DNA of 64,000 nt, taken from Paragordius varius (lineage: Eukaryota > Animalia > Nematomorpha). Location: NCBI GenBank assembly GCA_964247055.1, contig OZ176052.1, positions 2,852,001-2,916,000 of the forward strand. Reading direction: 5' to 3'. The notes beneath the pieces were generated by a model. The model searched no databases. It was not told where the DNA came from and saw only the letters and a program-made list of their open reading frames with translations. The position numbers and the translations under genes were made by a program. Below are positions 26,101 through 37,693 of the stretch, piece by piece. How positions within the stretch are numbered: the first letter of the stretch is position 1; the number at the start of each line of letters is the position of its first letter.

Positions 26101-28298
26101 CAATTTAACGATTTGATATTTGAAATATTTAATAGCATTCCTCATATTAATAGATAGCGGCCTACATTGACTCAGGAAAGCGATATTGGGTTTAAGTTTG
26201 GATTCCAAATCACGTTGTATATCCTTGTGCGAAATGCTTTGATACTCAATAACAAACTAAGTGTTAAAAAATAATGAAGAAAAAGTAAAAGTCAAAATAT
26301 GAATTAGTTTTAAATTAATCACTTTAAAATAATAGGTTTATATTATTCATTTAAAATTTGTTGCGTTTATATCAAATTTAAACATAATTGTTGATAAAAC
26401 GAAGTTAAATTATATTTAATTTTCTACCAAAACCATAGTAGCGGTTTTCAATCCATTTTAAAAATGGTAACTCTTTACGAGCGATTCTAAAATGTTCTAA
26501 GATAAATAAATAGATTCCAACTTTTAGCAGATGAAACCGATATAAGAAAATTGTATAGCATGTTTTTTATAGAATCGTTAAAACGTAAATTTCGAAAAGC
26601 GTTCTCTTATCAACAGCTAAACATGCAACTAAAGTTAACAACAATATTAACAATTATACCATTTCCCAGTCAAAAAACCGTTTCTTAGTCAATTAAAACG
26701 TTTTCCCAGTTAATTAAAACGTTTTCCCAGTTATCCGAAACATTTTCCCAGTTAACCGTTTTAATTTTGATGATAGATATCAAAAAGGATTAAAAAATAA
26801 CTTTTAACCATTGACAGCGTAATATTAGGATATATTTTACAAAAACGCTATTATTTAATGACAATTTTTCCTATATATTCCAATATAATTAATGATTCAT
26901 TCTTTTAAAGCTATATTTTATTAACTGGATGAGTTTTATGGTTTTTATATATTTTCAAGAAAATATTTAAGAATTTATTTCATCGATGGTTCGCATCAAT
27001 ATTCCGGTGTAAATAATCTATAGTTTTGGATGAAATGATAAAAATTGAAAAAATATATTTTTATCTCAAATTGGTTACAATTGGATTTAACCATTTGCAA
27101 CTTCCTAATTTATATGTATTTGCCATGTGATTAAATATCTTTTTTTATAAAATATTTTTAAATCAAAAATTTTTTTTTAGAAATTTTTCCCGCAGTATGA
27201 CCGATTAGATAATGGTATATTATTTAAATTTTATTATTTCCTCCGTAGGTCCGCCCCGATTATTAATGCGAACCATCGATAATTAAAAAAAATATTAAAT
27301 ATTTTCCTTAAAAATATATCGAAAACCATAATACTTAAGTTAATAAAATATAGCTTTAAAAGAATAAATCATAAATGATTGTGTATTGGAATATATAGGA
27401 AAAATTGTCATTCAATAATTGTTTTAATAAAAAACTTACGCTGATAATGGTTAAAAGTTATTTATCATCAAAAATAAAACCGTTTTTATTGACTAGGAAA
27501 AAGTTTTTTTGACTGACAAATGGTATATAAGGATAAAAAAGAGTTATGGCAATTATTTTTTTATGAACCCATACAAAACCTTAAAAATATCAACATTTAA
27601 GATAAAACTATAAATTATATAAGAAAAATTTAATTGTTATACTATTTTATTTAATTTAATGTTAGAAGCAGAATCTACCCTCCTATGCTTTTGTTATTAT
27701 TACCGGCATAAGGGTAAAACATTTGGACTCTTAATTTAAAATTTTCTTGTTTAAAATTTTAAGGCTAAAAAAAATGTCATGTGTAAATAATATTAAGCCC
27801 AACATATTGCTTTTAGTGTCATTGTTGTAAAAAAATACATACTAAAAACCTTTTTGAGAGTTTCCAAAAGATGCAAACAGCGCGAATTAGAGCCTCTAAT
27901 TATATGATCAGCATATTGTAAGCCCAATTTTATAATATGTGGATTCAATATGGTAGAAAATGAGAGGTTTTTAGTAATAGACGTTATATTTCGATCGTAC
28001 TGCGGTAGATGAGAAAAAAGACCCACTTTCTTATCAATTGTTACTCTTTGAGGGATATTATCTTTAGCAAGTTTTCTGGCTAACTTTTTTTGCACCTTTT
28101 CATTATCAAGCCTAATATTTTCGGGTACGCGCAAGGAAGCTAAATTGTTAACAAGGATAAACTTTGTTCAAATTTGGTTTTGTCTTTTTTAACATGGTCA
28201 TCCTTTTCCGATTTTGGTTTTTCAATAATTTTTGCCGAATGTTCCTCATTTTTTAGCTTTTTTTTTCTTCTTTCTTTTTTAGCTTCTTTGGTATTCAT
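23134..28298 (-). CDS. EIF2B4: Translation initiation factor eIF2B subunit delta
   Basis: Exons (minus strand): 28163-28298 (K/E-rich N-terminus, tentative), 27850-28139, 26077-26256, 25710-25840, 25193-25284, 24805-24890, 23985 (or 23979)-24222, 23134-23348. Motifs: [98 protein letters not shown]. Confidence 0.93.
24930..25160. mobile_element. Degenerate MITE of the CAAATTCACCC-repeat family, in an eIF2B4 intron
   Basis: CAAATTCACCC...AAATAAATTATCTGTTTTCG and the internal AT-rich body match 34392-34685 and 57589-57850. Confidence 0.6.
25855..26057 (+). mobile_element. Helitron family 5' fragment (~200 bp) in a short eIF2B4 intron
   Basis: A|TCTATATATTTATAAAAATGGAAAATG start, nearly identical to the 5' part of 44960-46430. 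Ends at GTCCACAAAAT. Confidence 0.75.
26655..27527. mobile_element. Foldback element (~870 bp, ~300-bp arms, TATACCATTT termini) in an eIF2B4 intron
   Basis: TATACCATTT at the left and AAATGGTATA at the right. Arms are complementary (e.g. CATCGATGGTTCGCAT / ATGCGAACCATCGAT). About 21-bp tandem repeats TTAAAACGTTTTCCCAGTTA in the left arm. Confidence 0.7.
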
Positions 28299-28344
28299 AG
28301 GCACATGTTATTAACAAGCAAAAGTGCTGCACCGGTAAATACTA

Positions 28345-28470
28345 CAGTGTGTAATTATACATTGCTATAAAATTATTAATTATTGCCAAATAGCAGATAC
28401 AACAAAGAGCAAAATTATTGTTGGCTAATAATAGTAAAAAGTGAAAAAAAATCTAGCCAAAAATACTGCC
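28345..28470. mobile_element. Half of a Tc1/mariner-type MITE (TA|CAGTG) just upstream of eIF2B4; hairpin copy at 48869-49050
   Basis: TATACATTGCTA...ATTATTGCCAAATAGCA...GCTAATAATAGTAAAAAGTGAAAAAAA is shared with 48869-49050. Confidence 0.55.
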
Positions 28471-28938
28471 GTTTATTACTTTCTAGTGCTAACTCCTACT
28501 GTATTTTACGATTGAGTTTTTGATATGGTTCTTTTTACAGATATTTGAAAATAGATCTATATTACAGTAAATATAAACACTATTTGATGGTGGTTTTGAG
28601 CCTTTCTAGGGATCACTAGTTTTAATTTGCTATGATTGAAATAAAATAGTTGTGATCTCGATAAGTTATAGAACAATCAATATTTAAATTATACTAATAT
28701 CAATGTCTCTAATTTTTGTAAAAATCCTTGTTTTTTATTACTCAAATACGACCTACCATTTGCAAAGCCTTATCTGCCTTAAAGGTAATTTTTGATATGT
28801 CGACCCTAATAACCTAGCGAATTGACTATATACTAAATAACTATTCGGGTAGTATCAAAAGTGTAGCAGCTCGCTACTGTCAACAATATTGTAAAAAAAA
28901 CTATCAAAGTCCACCAAATGATTTTATGTGTGTAATGT

Positions 28939-30547
28939 ATGAAGTATGTTTTTACACACATTTTTTAGACATTACGAAAATTTTCTAGAGAATTGGTAAA
29001 ATTAAAAGATAATATGTTTTAGGGGCAAATATCGTGCTTATCGTTATTTTGACACGCCTGATGGCGAAGACCTCTCCAAAAAAATGTATTATACTACAAA
29101 ACGAATGCTTTTATTTGGTAATTTAAATAAAGTTTATAATATTTAAGGCTCTGTTGTGGGTGTATTTGATGCCGTGCATATAACTATGTCTCCAACATTT
29201 CAGCATGGTCTCGTAAGAGTAATGCAAATTGTTTGGCCTTGTGGTAACATTTTTATATAGAGTTTATAAAAACTATAATATGTTTATTTATCCATCACCT
29301 AATATTTTATTTAGTATTTATGGGGATGTTGTATCCAGCCACTGCATATTATGTTTATTTTATACGTCAGAAAGATACTAGTTTCAATCATTTTTTAGCT
29401 GGTTTTTCTATGGCTCTTCCTCTATATTATAAAAGTAATTATGTTTCTCCTTAAATATATTCAATCAGGATGGATTATATTTTAGGCTAGGGAGTTTTTA
29501 AAGGCAAACGCTATTTTACAATTTTTAAAAATAGCTTTTTGTTTGCTATCGTAACTTCAAAAATATATTCTATAAGGCAAATGTATGCTCATATAATTTT
29601 TTAATCTAAAAATTGTTATTAAATTTTGTTTTAAGATTAAATTTAAATAGAAAAGGGAACAATTAAATTTTATGTTTACCCATTTGATTTTTATCTTTCC
29701 TGAATTTCATCTGATTCGCCCATACTAGGTATAAATTAAAATACAGTTATTGTAAATTATGTACATGTATATTTTAGCAAAAAGTGCATCTTCTGCCATA
29801 GGTTACGGGTTATTTATGGGAACCTTAGCTTGTGCTTACAGATGTTTGAGATTTGTTGAGGAAAGAGATGAAAGTAATGCCTATTTATATACTTTATTTA
29901 GGAAAATATTTTCATAAATATAAGTTTAGTATAAGTGTAAGTAAAAAAATAATTTTGGATTTGCTTTTTATGAATCTTATTAAATAAAATGCGACCGAAT
30001 CTTTTAATTTGAACACAGAATCTAAAAATTTCTTAAGATGCACGCTTAAATTTAGTCAAGCCTTTACACTAACTAAAATATTTCTCATATTTTTTGTTTT
30101 TTATGCGTTATATAATAACGAGATTTTATAAAAGCCTTTATCATATAAGTCATCTTTGGCGTCTAAATATGTTAAAAAGTCTTTGCAGAACAAATATATT
30201 ATCATTTATAGGCAAGTGTTTGTTAACTTGAATTTATAAATTTGAATTCGCTTATAAATATACATCAAAAGGTATTTGTTTTTAAACAATACTCAAATAC
30301 ATCAAGTAGCATCTTATTGTAAAAATATATATATTATTAATATTTTCTAATCTTTATTATACGTATAGAACGATGCGTTGGTATGTATGAAGATAATGGG
30401 GCCGCCATGCCAGTCTTCAAATTTTTTTCCAATGTATTTTATGATTATCGCATGCCTTACAGCGTTGTTGAAACTACCACAATGACAAGGGGAAAGGTTC
30501 AACCTGACCCCCCGCCCTTGTTGTGTACGGAAACTCCGTCTTTTTGA
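28939..30547 (+). CDS. NDUFA11: NADH dehydrogenase (ubiquinone) 1 alpha subcomplex subunit 11-like (B14.7, Tim17/22/23 family)
   Basis: Exons 28939-28943 (tentative), 29023-29117, 29148-29243, 29315-29434, 29778-29873, 30369-30547. Spliced product YRYFDTPDGEDLSKK...FGSVVGVFD...GLVRVMQIVWP.VFMGML...RQKDTSFNHFLAGF...GYGLFMGTL resembles NDUFA11 as I recall it (YxDxPDGED; RxKDDxxNxxxGG). AATAAA follows the stop. Absent from the ORF track because the exons are short. Confidence 0.75.
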
Positions 30548-31729
30548 AATTATACATTTAATAAATATGTGTTTGATTGTTCCCTGTGTTTTATCAAATC
30601 GAAAAAATTGGATATATATAATTATACAAATAAACAGTACGATTCGTATTTATCATTTTAGTAAATTTCCGAGTTGTATCTTTATATTATCATTCACAAT
30701 ATTTGAATAATGTTTAATTGGAAATAAGGGGTGTGAAACACAAGGCCCGCCACAATATTTTTTGCCCGAAAAAGTTTTAAAATATTTTTTACGACAATTT
30801 ACCCCAAGACTTGTTAATTTGGTCTCATAGAAAATAATTATATCAGCACATCTTTAATTGCATTTGATTTTAGCAATTATAATCAGTCAATTGGTGATTC
30901 TGACTTTTTGGGTAAAGAAATGTTTTTGTTATACATCTCCATTTCATAAATATGAAGCCGTTATCAAAGATAATTGGTGGAAAGCAAACAGTACGCATCC
31001 TAAAACTAACAATTTACGTATAAGAAGCTATTAATAGCTGAATAAAACACCAAACATTAATATTAATTAACTTTTAATCTTAAAAGTAAAAATTTATCTT
31101 GAAAATGGGGTAGATTTTTTACCAAATTTGTATTGCCCTACAGCTAATAACATTTAACTTTTATAACCGATAAAACACACTGATTGAAAGCAAATTTGAT
31201 AGATATAAAGTTAAACTCATCTAAATCAAAAATAATGATCCTGAAACCCTATTAGATTGTTAATGAATGTTTTTATCAATTTATACTTTAATTGACCACC
31301 GATCATCTACTGATATATCCGCAAATATATCTAATTGTGTCCCCAAGCTATGCCATTCTTGGATAACCAATGTAGTTAACCGCAAATAGATTTATATTTG
31401 GTTAATTTTTTTATATTTTATTTCGTATTAATTCTATTATATCACCGCATTTCCACCACTAAGTACCCGTGTTGCTTAACTCTACGAATGACCTCCAGGG
31501 GTTTTCAACACGCGGCCATCCAAAGTAATTATGCGGCCCACGAAATTACAAAATTTTACGAAATCCAAGTAAAATTGATTTTTAAAAAAAACTTTCTTGG
31601 TAATGAACTAGCAAAAATGTTTAAATAAATAGTAGTTTTTACAGTACTACATTTAAAATCAAATGAATATGCGAACACGGCCTGTTTTTTACCCGAAAAT
31701 GCGGCCCGAAGGCCAATTGCGTAGGCTCT

Positions 31730-31940
31730 ATGATTGCATCTGATGGCCGTTCGGTTTCCGACATCCGAGCACAACTTACCTTAAGGCGCGCAACCATGGT
31801 CAAACTGTTCTTTTGGAATTTTTACAAAGACGAACCAAGAGAGCCATCCCAAAGACATGGTACCTGTTGCTATTTTATGGGTCTGAATCATGGATATGTA
31901 AATCCATCGATAAAGCCCGCTCACTTATTTATAATGTGGT
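31730..31940 (+). pseudogene. Highly decayed RTE-type reverse-transcriptase fragment
   Basis: Frames give IASDGRSVSDIRAQL and LLFYGSESW, matching RTE C-terminal motifs (DG...DI..RI; PVLLYGSETW), with frameshifts between them. Confidence 0.5.
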
Positions 31941-32646
31941 GAAAATTTAGGAATCTTCCGGAAAACCCACATCTCTATGCATTTATTCGCAGCCTCATTA
32001 AAGCTAAATTTTTGCTTTATGATGTGATGACCTACAGACTATCAAATAATTTCGGTCATAATCTCCGATCTGTTTCGTTGGAACTTGGGTTGGTCCAGGG
32101 TATCCGGAAAAGAAGCCGCTTTAAAAGGTGGTGTATCGATATCTTCCTCAAATAATTTGTTAGTCATAAGTTCGTCTGGAAAACATATATCTATAGGAAA
32201 TATAAAAGTCGCTACACGACTAACTTCTAACATACAAAAACACACACATTATTAATCAGATTCTGTATCAGGGGCAAATAAAAATTCAATTTAGCTTGTG
32301 TAGTTATTCGCAAACTCCCCCATCCAGGCTGCAAAGTCTTTTATTGAAATACCAGCTGTTGAAAGAAAATGTTAATGCCTGGAAACGTTATCGTCGAGAA
32401 ATGCCTTGTAAAATTGGCTTAAAACCAACTTATGGTTACAACGGCTATATTATGCACATCTCGGAATAACCCTAAGGAAAAACAACATAATAACACCCAT
32501 CTCAATAATTTCATTTGTTTATGTTACAATTACAATTAATTCGCCTCTAATCAACTCATCGTTTACCAGGTAAGTCATAAATTTTAGAGATTTGTTTAAA
32601 AAAACATACTAAAATTATATATTTATTTAAAAATTCGACATCGGCG

Positions 32647-35059
32647 CAGGCTCCCGGGGCATAAAACTCTTATGTCCCCCCTCCTCTTTTTAAAAGCTAA
32701 TAAAATAATTTATAAAATATAATACAAACGTCCTTAAATCCTTCATTAAAATTAATTTTAGGATCTTGCAATCTATGTTTGAACCCTATTCTTTTAAGTA
32801 TTTGACAGAAAAAAATTAATGTTAAAAAATTGAAATTTAAATCACTCTGAAGTAAAACAGATGCCTCACTTGTTTCACTTATTTGAAGTATATTTACTTA
32901 ATCTTCTTATAGCTTTATCAAATCATCCATTTCCTCAACAATGGCATTAACTGCATAAATTCTAGCACTCCATCGGGAGTATATATTTTAATAGGTCCCA
33001 TCTAATAGTTGAACGTGAAAAAAAAGATAAATATTTTAAATTAATCCGAAACAGGTGACAACAATAATATCTTGTTTTGCTACCCTGACTTTTACTAAAT
33101 TCAAGGAATGATTGTCACAGTTGACAAATATTACTCTTTTGTTTTTTTTCCAGAATCCTTTGTTGACCTGAAATGGGACCCGACATCACAGTTGCATTAT
33201 CATAGCATTTAAATCTACAATTCGATAACTGAATATTATTTCTCATAATCAATAAACACATACCTGACAACTTGAGAAATTTCTCGGTGGACTATAATAT
33301 TACTTTTTTTATGTCATCGATCAATATAGCTTTAACTCTTGAGGCTAAAAGATGTATAAACTCGCTTTGGATTTTGAGTGAAACATAGGATATAGTGTTA
33401 GGAGATTCAATGTTTCTCATGTGTTCTCCCATTATTGGGTCAAACTTACAAGTTTTAGTAAAGATAAGAGTTTTCCGGATTTGATGCTGAGTTATCAAGA
33501 TACATTAAACTTTCAACATGTTCTCGAAAAGGACGTTGGGTGATTAATATTATCCAGGCCAATATTCGATGTAAAATATTTTGCCTTCGATTCTTTTCAG
33601 ATTGTGTGTGAGCTTCGAGCAGAATTAATCTGTTTAATTTATCAATCTTCTTTCTGCCTCTTTCCAAGTAGTAAATGCTTTCCGATGTGAGGCTATTTTC
33701 ACGATGAATTAATTTATCTTTTTTTCCTCCATTTATTAAAACCATGGGTAGTTATAAAAGATGACGGCAAAGAATTAGATCTCAAAAAGTAGACAACAAA
33801 AGCAATACGTAGATCTGTTTTTTGGTGAATGTAAAAGCCAAGACCTCTCAACTTCAAATCCTTCTTTTTTACCGACACGTCCAAAAAACCAAGATTGAGG
33901 CATTGAACGCTGATTTTTTGTTTCAAAGAGATTGCATTTATTTTAAAATCCTTGAGCACGAATAGTCATTTCTGTGCGAAGTTGATTGGATTATAAACAA
34001 TATTTAAATTTTAAAAAGGCGACATCATTAATCTATAGGTATAGCGCTTGGATTACTAATGGTATATTTGTAGTTCTCTCATCTCTATTATTGGATCAAT
34101 AACTAGGGTTACAGGTGTATTTAAGTCATTATTATTATTAGGGGGTACCGTTATGTTTGTGTCGCATACACTTTTTACAATGTTATGGTCAGATATTTTT
34201 GTTAAAAGATTTCATACTCATTCGCTTTTATATTGTTTTATTCTCTTCTTGGATTTTTCATTTCCTATTTGCGTAACCGCTGAGTTTAGGCATTAATATC
34301 TGATGGAAATGAAAGTAATTATAAAAATACAAGGTTATATTAATAATAAAAACCTACCTTGATAGAGATGGAATGATTTTAGGGAAATAAATATACAATT
34401 TACAGCTCAAATTCACCCTTAAACAATTCAAATTCACCCTTGAACAATTCAAATTCACCCTAAAATTAAATTATGTGTTTTCGAACCAATATAACTCATT
34501 ATCAATGAGAAATATATCTTTATGGCATAGTTTATTATTTTTTCAGTATTATTTAAATTTAAAACAAAATTTTTATTTTTTAAAAATATATAAAAATATT
34601 GGGTAATTTTTAATCTAAAAACATATATTTTATTTGAGGGTGAATTTGAATTATTCAAGGGTGAATTCGAATTGTAAATGGTATAATAAAATTGGTTTTG
34701 AAATTGAATAGATCAAAATAATGCACTTTTAAATTATAAGAAATAAGGTTTTAAACAAGAGAGAAGTTAAAATAATTTAATTAAAGGCAATAAAAGAATT
34801 TATAAACAATATTTGCAGTGAGAAAGAAACGTTTTTTAAGAGAAAAAATAAGTATGCGAAGGGAGTACCTACATGAAAGTTGTTTTTTGCAATTTTTATA
34901 TTAGGGATTATTACGTAAATTGCTAAAAATCCTACTTGAAAGTTGTTATTATTTTTGCATAATTTAAATTTAATTAAAAAAAAATCATTTAGACGCCCCT
35001 AAATAACGGCGCACGGGTCATGATGCCCCCTCTGCCCCTCCCTCCTCGGTACGCCACTG
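32647..35059 (-). mobile_element. Decayed hAT transposon (TTF zinc finger / DUF4371, ZMYM1-like transposase) with 8-bp TSD
   Basis: CATCGGCG is duplicated at 32639-32646 and 35060-35067. CAGTGGCGTACC terminus at 35059. Frameshifted ORFs 33292-33959 give WLLHSPKNRSTYCFCCLLF, GFNKW and SYVSLKIQSEFIHLLA. Confidence 0.8.
34392..34685. mobile_element. MITE with 21-bp subterminal tandem repeats (CAATTCAAATTCACCCTTGAA), inserted in the hAT
   Basis: TATACAATTT...AAATGGTATA termini. CAAATTCACCC x3 on the left, GGGTGAATT x2 on the right. Confidence 0.75.
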
Positions 35060-36141
35060 CATCGGCGTTTTCATATTTTACCCACATCCAAAATATAATT
35101 GTCTTTGAAAAATAAGCCATTTTATAACGTCTTCGAAATTATTGAAGTGCTGCTTTGCGAGTATGTGTCTTATTGTTGGGTAGTTTTAATGTCGGATTTT
35201 CATGTGGCACGAGAGTTCAGGAGGCAAAAGAATTTCCCATCAAAGAGTTTCAAGTGGACTTTCGCTGGATTTGTGTGAAATGGAGCATTGTCATGTATCC
35301 AAATTTACAGTTCTAGCTAATACGGCCGTGTTGTAATTACTAAAAATCGATCACATTTGTTGACGATAGCGTTGTGTAGTAACGTTTTTGGTTTTAAAGG
35401 TCGTTACAAATATCGTTGGTTCCAGCAGACACCTACGGTATTCTTGTCTAGGCGAGGTGTAGATAGAATGGGTTGGCACGGTGAAAGCCATCCCGCTTCA
35501 AAATAAAGCAATTTTTCATTACCCAATTCTACGCAAATATGGTTTTTTATGCGACGTTCAAGCAGGATAAATCACTTTGCGATTTCGATTTCACGTTCAT
35601 TTAATTTATATATTGGTTGTTTTTTTGTGGTTCTTGTAATGTTACTGCTAAGTTGTTAATTTTGGGTTGGTTCATCAACCAATTACTATTGCATATAGCG
35701 TAGCAATTGTGTGGTCTACCAGAGCGCTTTCGATTTTCACAGAAAATCATAATTTTTCATATTTCAAAACCATGTTTCTCATGTGGTAATCGATAGAGCA
35801 TGTTCACCATACTGCTGGCAAACACTTACAACAGCCTTTCGTTAATGACAATGGCTGCCGCAAACGTTATTTTTCAGTCCCAAAATTCGGCGTGATTACT
35901 GAAGGAGACGCTAGTTTTTGGCGAACTCAACTTGTGTGTTTTGGCGTATAATGTCAGATCAAAACGGGGTCTGTAATAAATTAATCGTCTGCATACGTAC
36001 TTTGCGCTGACGTCTAGTTAAACCGGTGATAACTTATGACTAAAACTGGTTACCAGACATACATGTCAATAATTTTAATTAATTTATATAAAATAAAAGT
36101 TTTAATAATAAGCAATTTTATAATGAATGTTTAATAGTAAA

Positions 36142-37693
36142 TCTATATATTTATAAAAATGGAAAATGCTGGCTTTGTTATCTGGTACCGGAAAACCGGT
36201 AGACTCATTCAAATCCAAACTTCGAAAAAATATAATCATTTATGAATGCCCCGACAATAGCTTCGCCCTTTTTTTGAAATAGGCCCCCAGTTCGGGCCCA
36301 CTCCATGTGAAAAACGGTTTTTTTTTGAAAACAGAAGTCCACAAAAATCGTGTCTTTGAGACAATTTTCTGGAGAACGTGTTGGTCCATTCAATTTCAAA
36401 TATGATTTTTGTTTACTTATTATTGATCGCGCTGAACATAGTCGACACAGTTTTTTAATTTAGGCCTTCTTTTTACCCGCTAACCCCGTAAAATGCCATT
36501 TTTTTAAAAAACAACAAAGTCCACAAAAATAATTTTTTGATTGTATTTTTTTGCCCAAGGTATGAGATTGTAAAAATTCAATATGGATTCCACGTATTCC
36601 CTGTTAAAAGGCAAATCTATCATATGTATAAGATGTTAAAAAATATATGGATAATAAAACATTATTTATGGTAATCTATATATTTATAAACATGGAAAAT
36701 GCTGGCTTTGTGATCTGGTACCGGAAAACCGGTGAACCCAATCAAATCCAAATATCGAAAAAATATAATCATTTATGAATGCCCCGACAATAGCTTCGCC
36801 CTTTTTTTGAAATAGGCCCCCAGTTCGGGCCCACTCCATGTGAAAAACGGGCTTTTTTTGAAAACAGAAGTCCACAAAAATCGTGTCTTTGAGACAATTT
36901 TCTGGAGAACGTGTTGGTCCATTCAATTTCAAATATGATTTTTGTTTACATATTTTCGATTGCGCCGAACATAGTCGTCTCGCTTTTTTGACTCAGGCCC
37001 TCTTTTTACCCGTTCCCCTCGTAAAATGCCATTTTTTTCAAAAAACAACAAAGTTCACAAAAATAATTTTTTAAATCTATTTTTCGCCCTAGGTATGAGA
37101 ACGTAAAAATTCAATATGGATTCCACGTATTCCCTGTTAAAAGGCAAAAATTTTAGTCAAGCATTTCTTTGATGATAGCTGCTGGGTAAGGAGCTACCCG
37201 CTAAAAACTGATTCCTCATGTAACTTTGTGATCTGTTTCCGGAAAACCGGTGAACCCAATCAAATCCAAATATCGAAAAAATATAATCATTAATAAATGT
37301 CCCGACAATAGCTTCGCCCTTTTTTGGCATTAGGTCCCCAGTTCGGGCCTACCCCGAGTAAAAAACAGGTTGAGACAATTTTCCGGAGAACGTGTTGGAC
37401 CATTCAATTTCAAATATGATTTTGGTTTACTTATTTTTGATCGCGCTGAACATAGTCGACACACTTTTTTGATTTAGGCCCTCTTTTTACCCGCTATCCC
37501 CGTAAAATGCCATTTTTTTTAAAAACCAAAATCCACAAAAATAAATTTTTAAATCTATTTTTTCGCCCAAGTAAACAATATATTAGTATGAATGCATCGT
37601 TTTAAAATTCCTATAAAATCATATTTTAATAATGTTTTGAAATAATCCACATATGTGGATCATTTTATTGTCCCTTATTTCAAATAGCCCCCC
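36142..37693 (+). mobile_element. Tandem array of three partial Helitron-family copies
   Basis: 5' TC starts at 36142 and 36675, and a third unit from ~37220. The third unit jumps to the subterminal 3' segment (GTAAACAATATATT...CAAATAGCCCCC) seen at ~46255-46378. Confidence 0.75.

Larger units (their letters stand above)
32566..36050 (-). mobile_element. Decayed mariner element interrupted by a hAT insertion
   Basis: Minus-strand remnants HDNAPFH and WEILLPP at ~35200-35310 (mariner HDNARPH / WEVLPHPPYSPDL region). Putative TIRs TA|CCAGGTAAGTCATAA and TTATGACTAAAACTGGT|TA. About 1.06 kb after removing the hAT insert. Confidence 0.6.

Noticed and set aside
34400-34460. 21-bp direct repeats as a CRISPR-like array (also 26690-26760 and 57600-57640)
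   Set aside because: The repeats are contiguous with no unique spacers, the context is eukaryotic, and they are subterminal repeats of MITEs.
36205-37074. Near-identical ORFs MKLNGPTRSPENCL... as duplicated genes
   Set aside because: They are chance frames within tandem Helitron copies. The same sequence forms the spurious tail of ORF 25864-26208.
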